The notes under the pieces are model-generated. The model was given only the letters and a program-made list of their open reading frames with translations, was not told where the DNA came from and made no database searches. The position numbers and the translations under genes are program-made. A stretch of DNA of 64,000 nt from a virus. Lineage: Duplodnaviria; Caudoviricetes. Each line of letters begins with the position of its first letter. The first letter of the stretch is position 1. The DNA lies in IMG/VR virus record IMGVR_UViG_3300044719_000253, positions 64,001 through 128,000 of that record. The stretch is one strand, 5' to 3'. Positions 63,997-64,000 of this stretch are shown here, piece by piece.

Positions 63997-64000
63997 GGTC

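Noticed and set aside
1-64000. Alternative genetic code, tRNA or rRNA genes
   Set aside because: All conserved genes translate intact in code 11 apart from the intron, and no cloverleaf or rRNA signature was noticed by eye; a tRNAscan run would be needed to exclude tRNAs formally.

Overview
This window is a segment of a nucleus-forming jumbo phage (phiKZ-like, Chimalliviridae), read here mostly on the minus strand. It is not bacterial chromosome. Gene order matches, from memory and by motif rather than by database search, the phiKZ core block of roughly gp49 to gp101. Left to right: a tail-fibre chaperone, a repeat protein and a long tail fibre; baseplate, head and inner-body proteins; both halves of a split B-family DNA polymerase; a virion RNAP beta' subunit; a macrodomain; an SF2 helicase; non-virion RNAP subunits; the nucleus genes picA, chmC and chmA; an SbcD-like nuclease; and small paralogous genes. 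The strongest sequence-level results are: (1) a 331-nt ORF-less group I intron splitting the RNAP catalytic motif NADYDG|D, with P1, P7 and P10 pairings visible; (2) a candidate -1 programmed frameshift joining 31756..33372 to the ORF at 33399; (3) a recurrent hairpin+TATG(Y) element at gene ends; (4) a ~320-nt candidate ncRNA upstream of the polymerase gene; (5) a stalk-and-knob Asn/Pro/Gly repeat protein beside the tail fibre; (6) an SSB-like DDDIPY tail on ChmC. No tRNA, rRNA, CRISPR array or reverse transcriptase was seen. All phiKZ gene numbers are synteny-based inferences.
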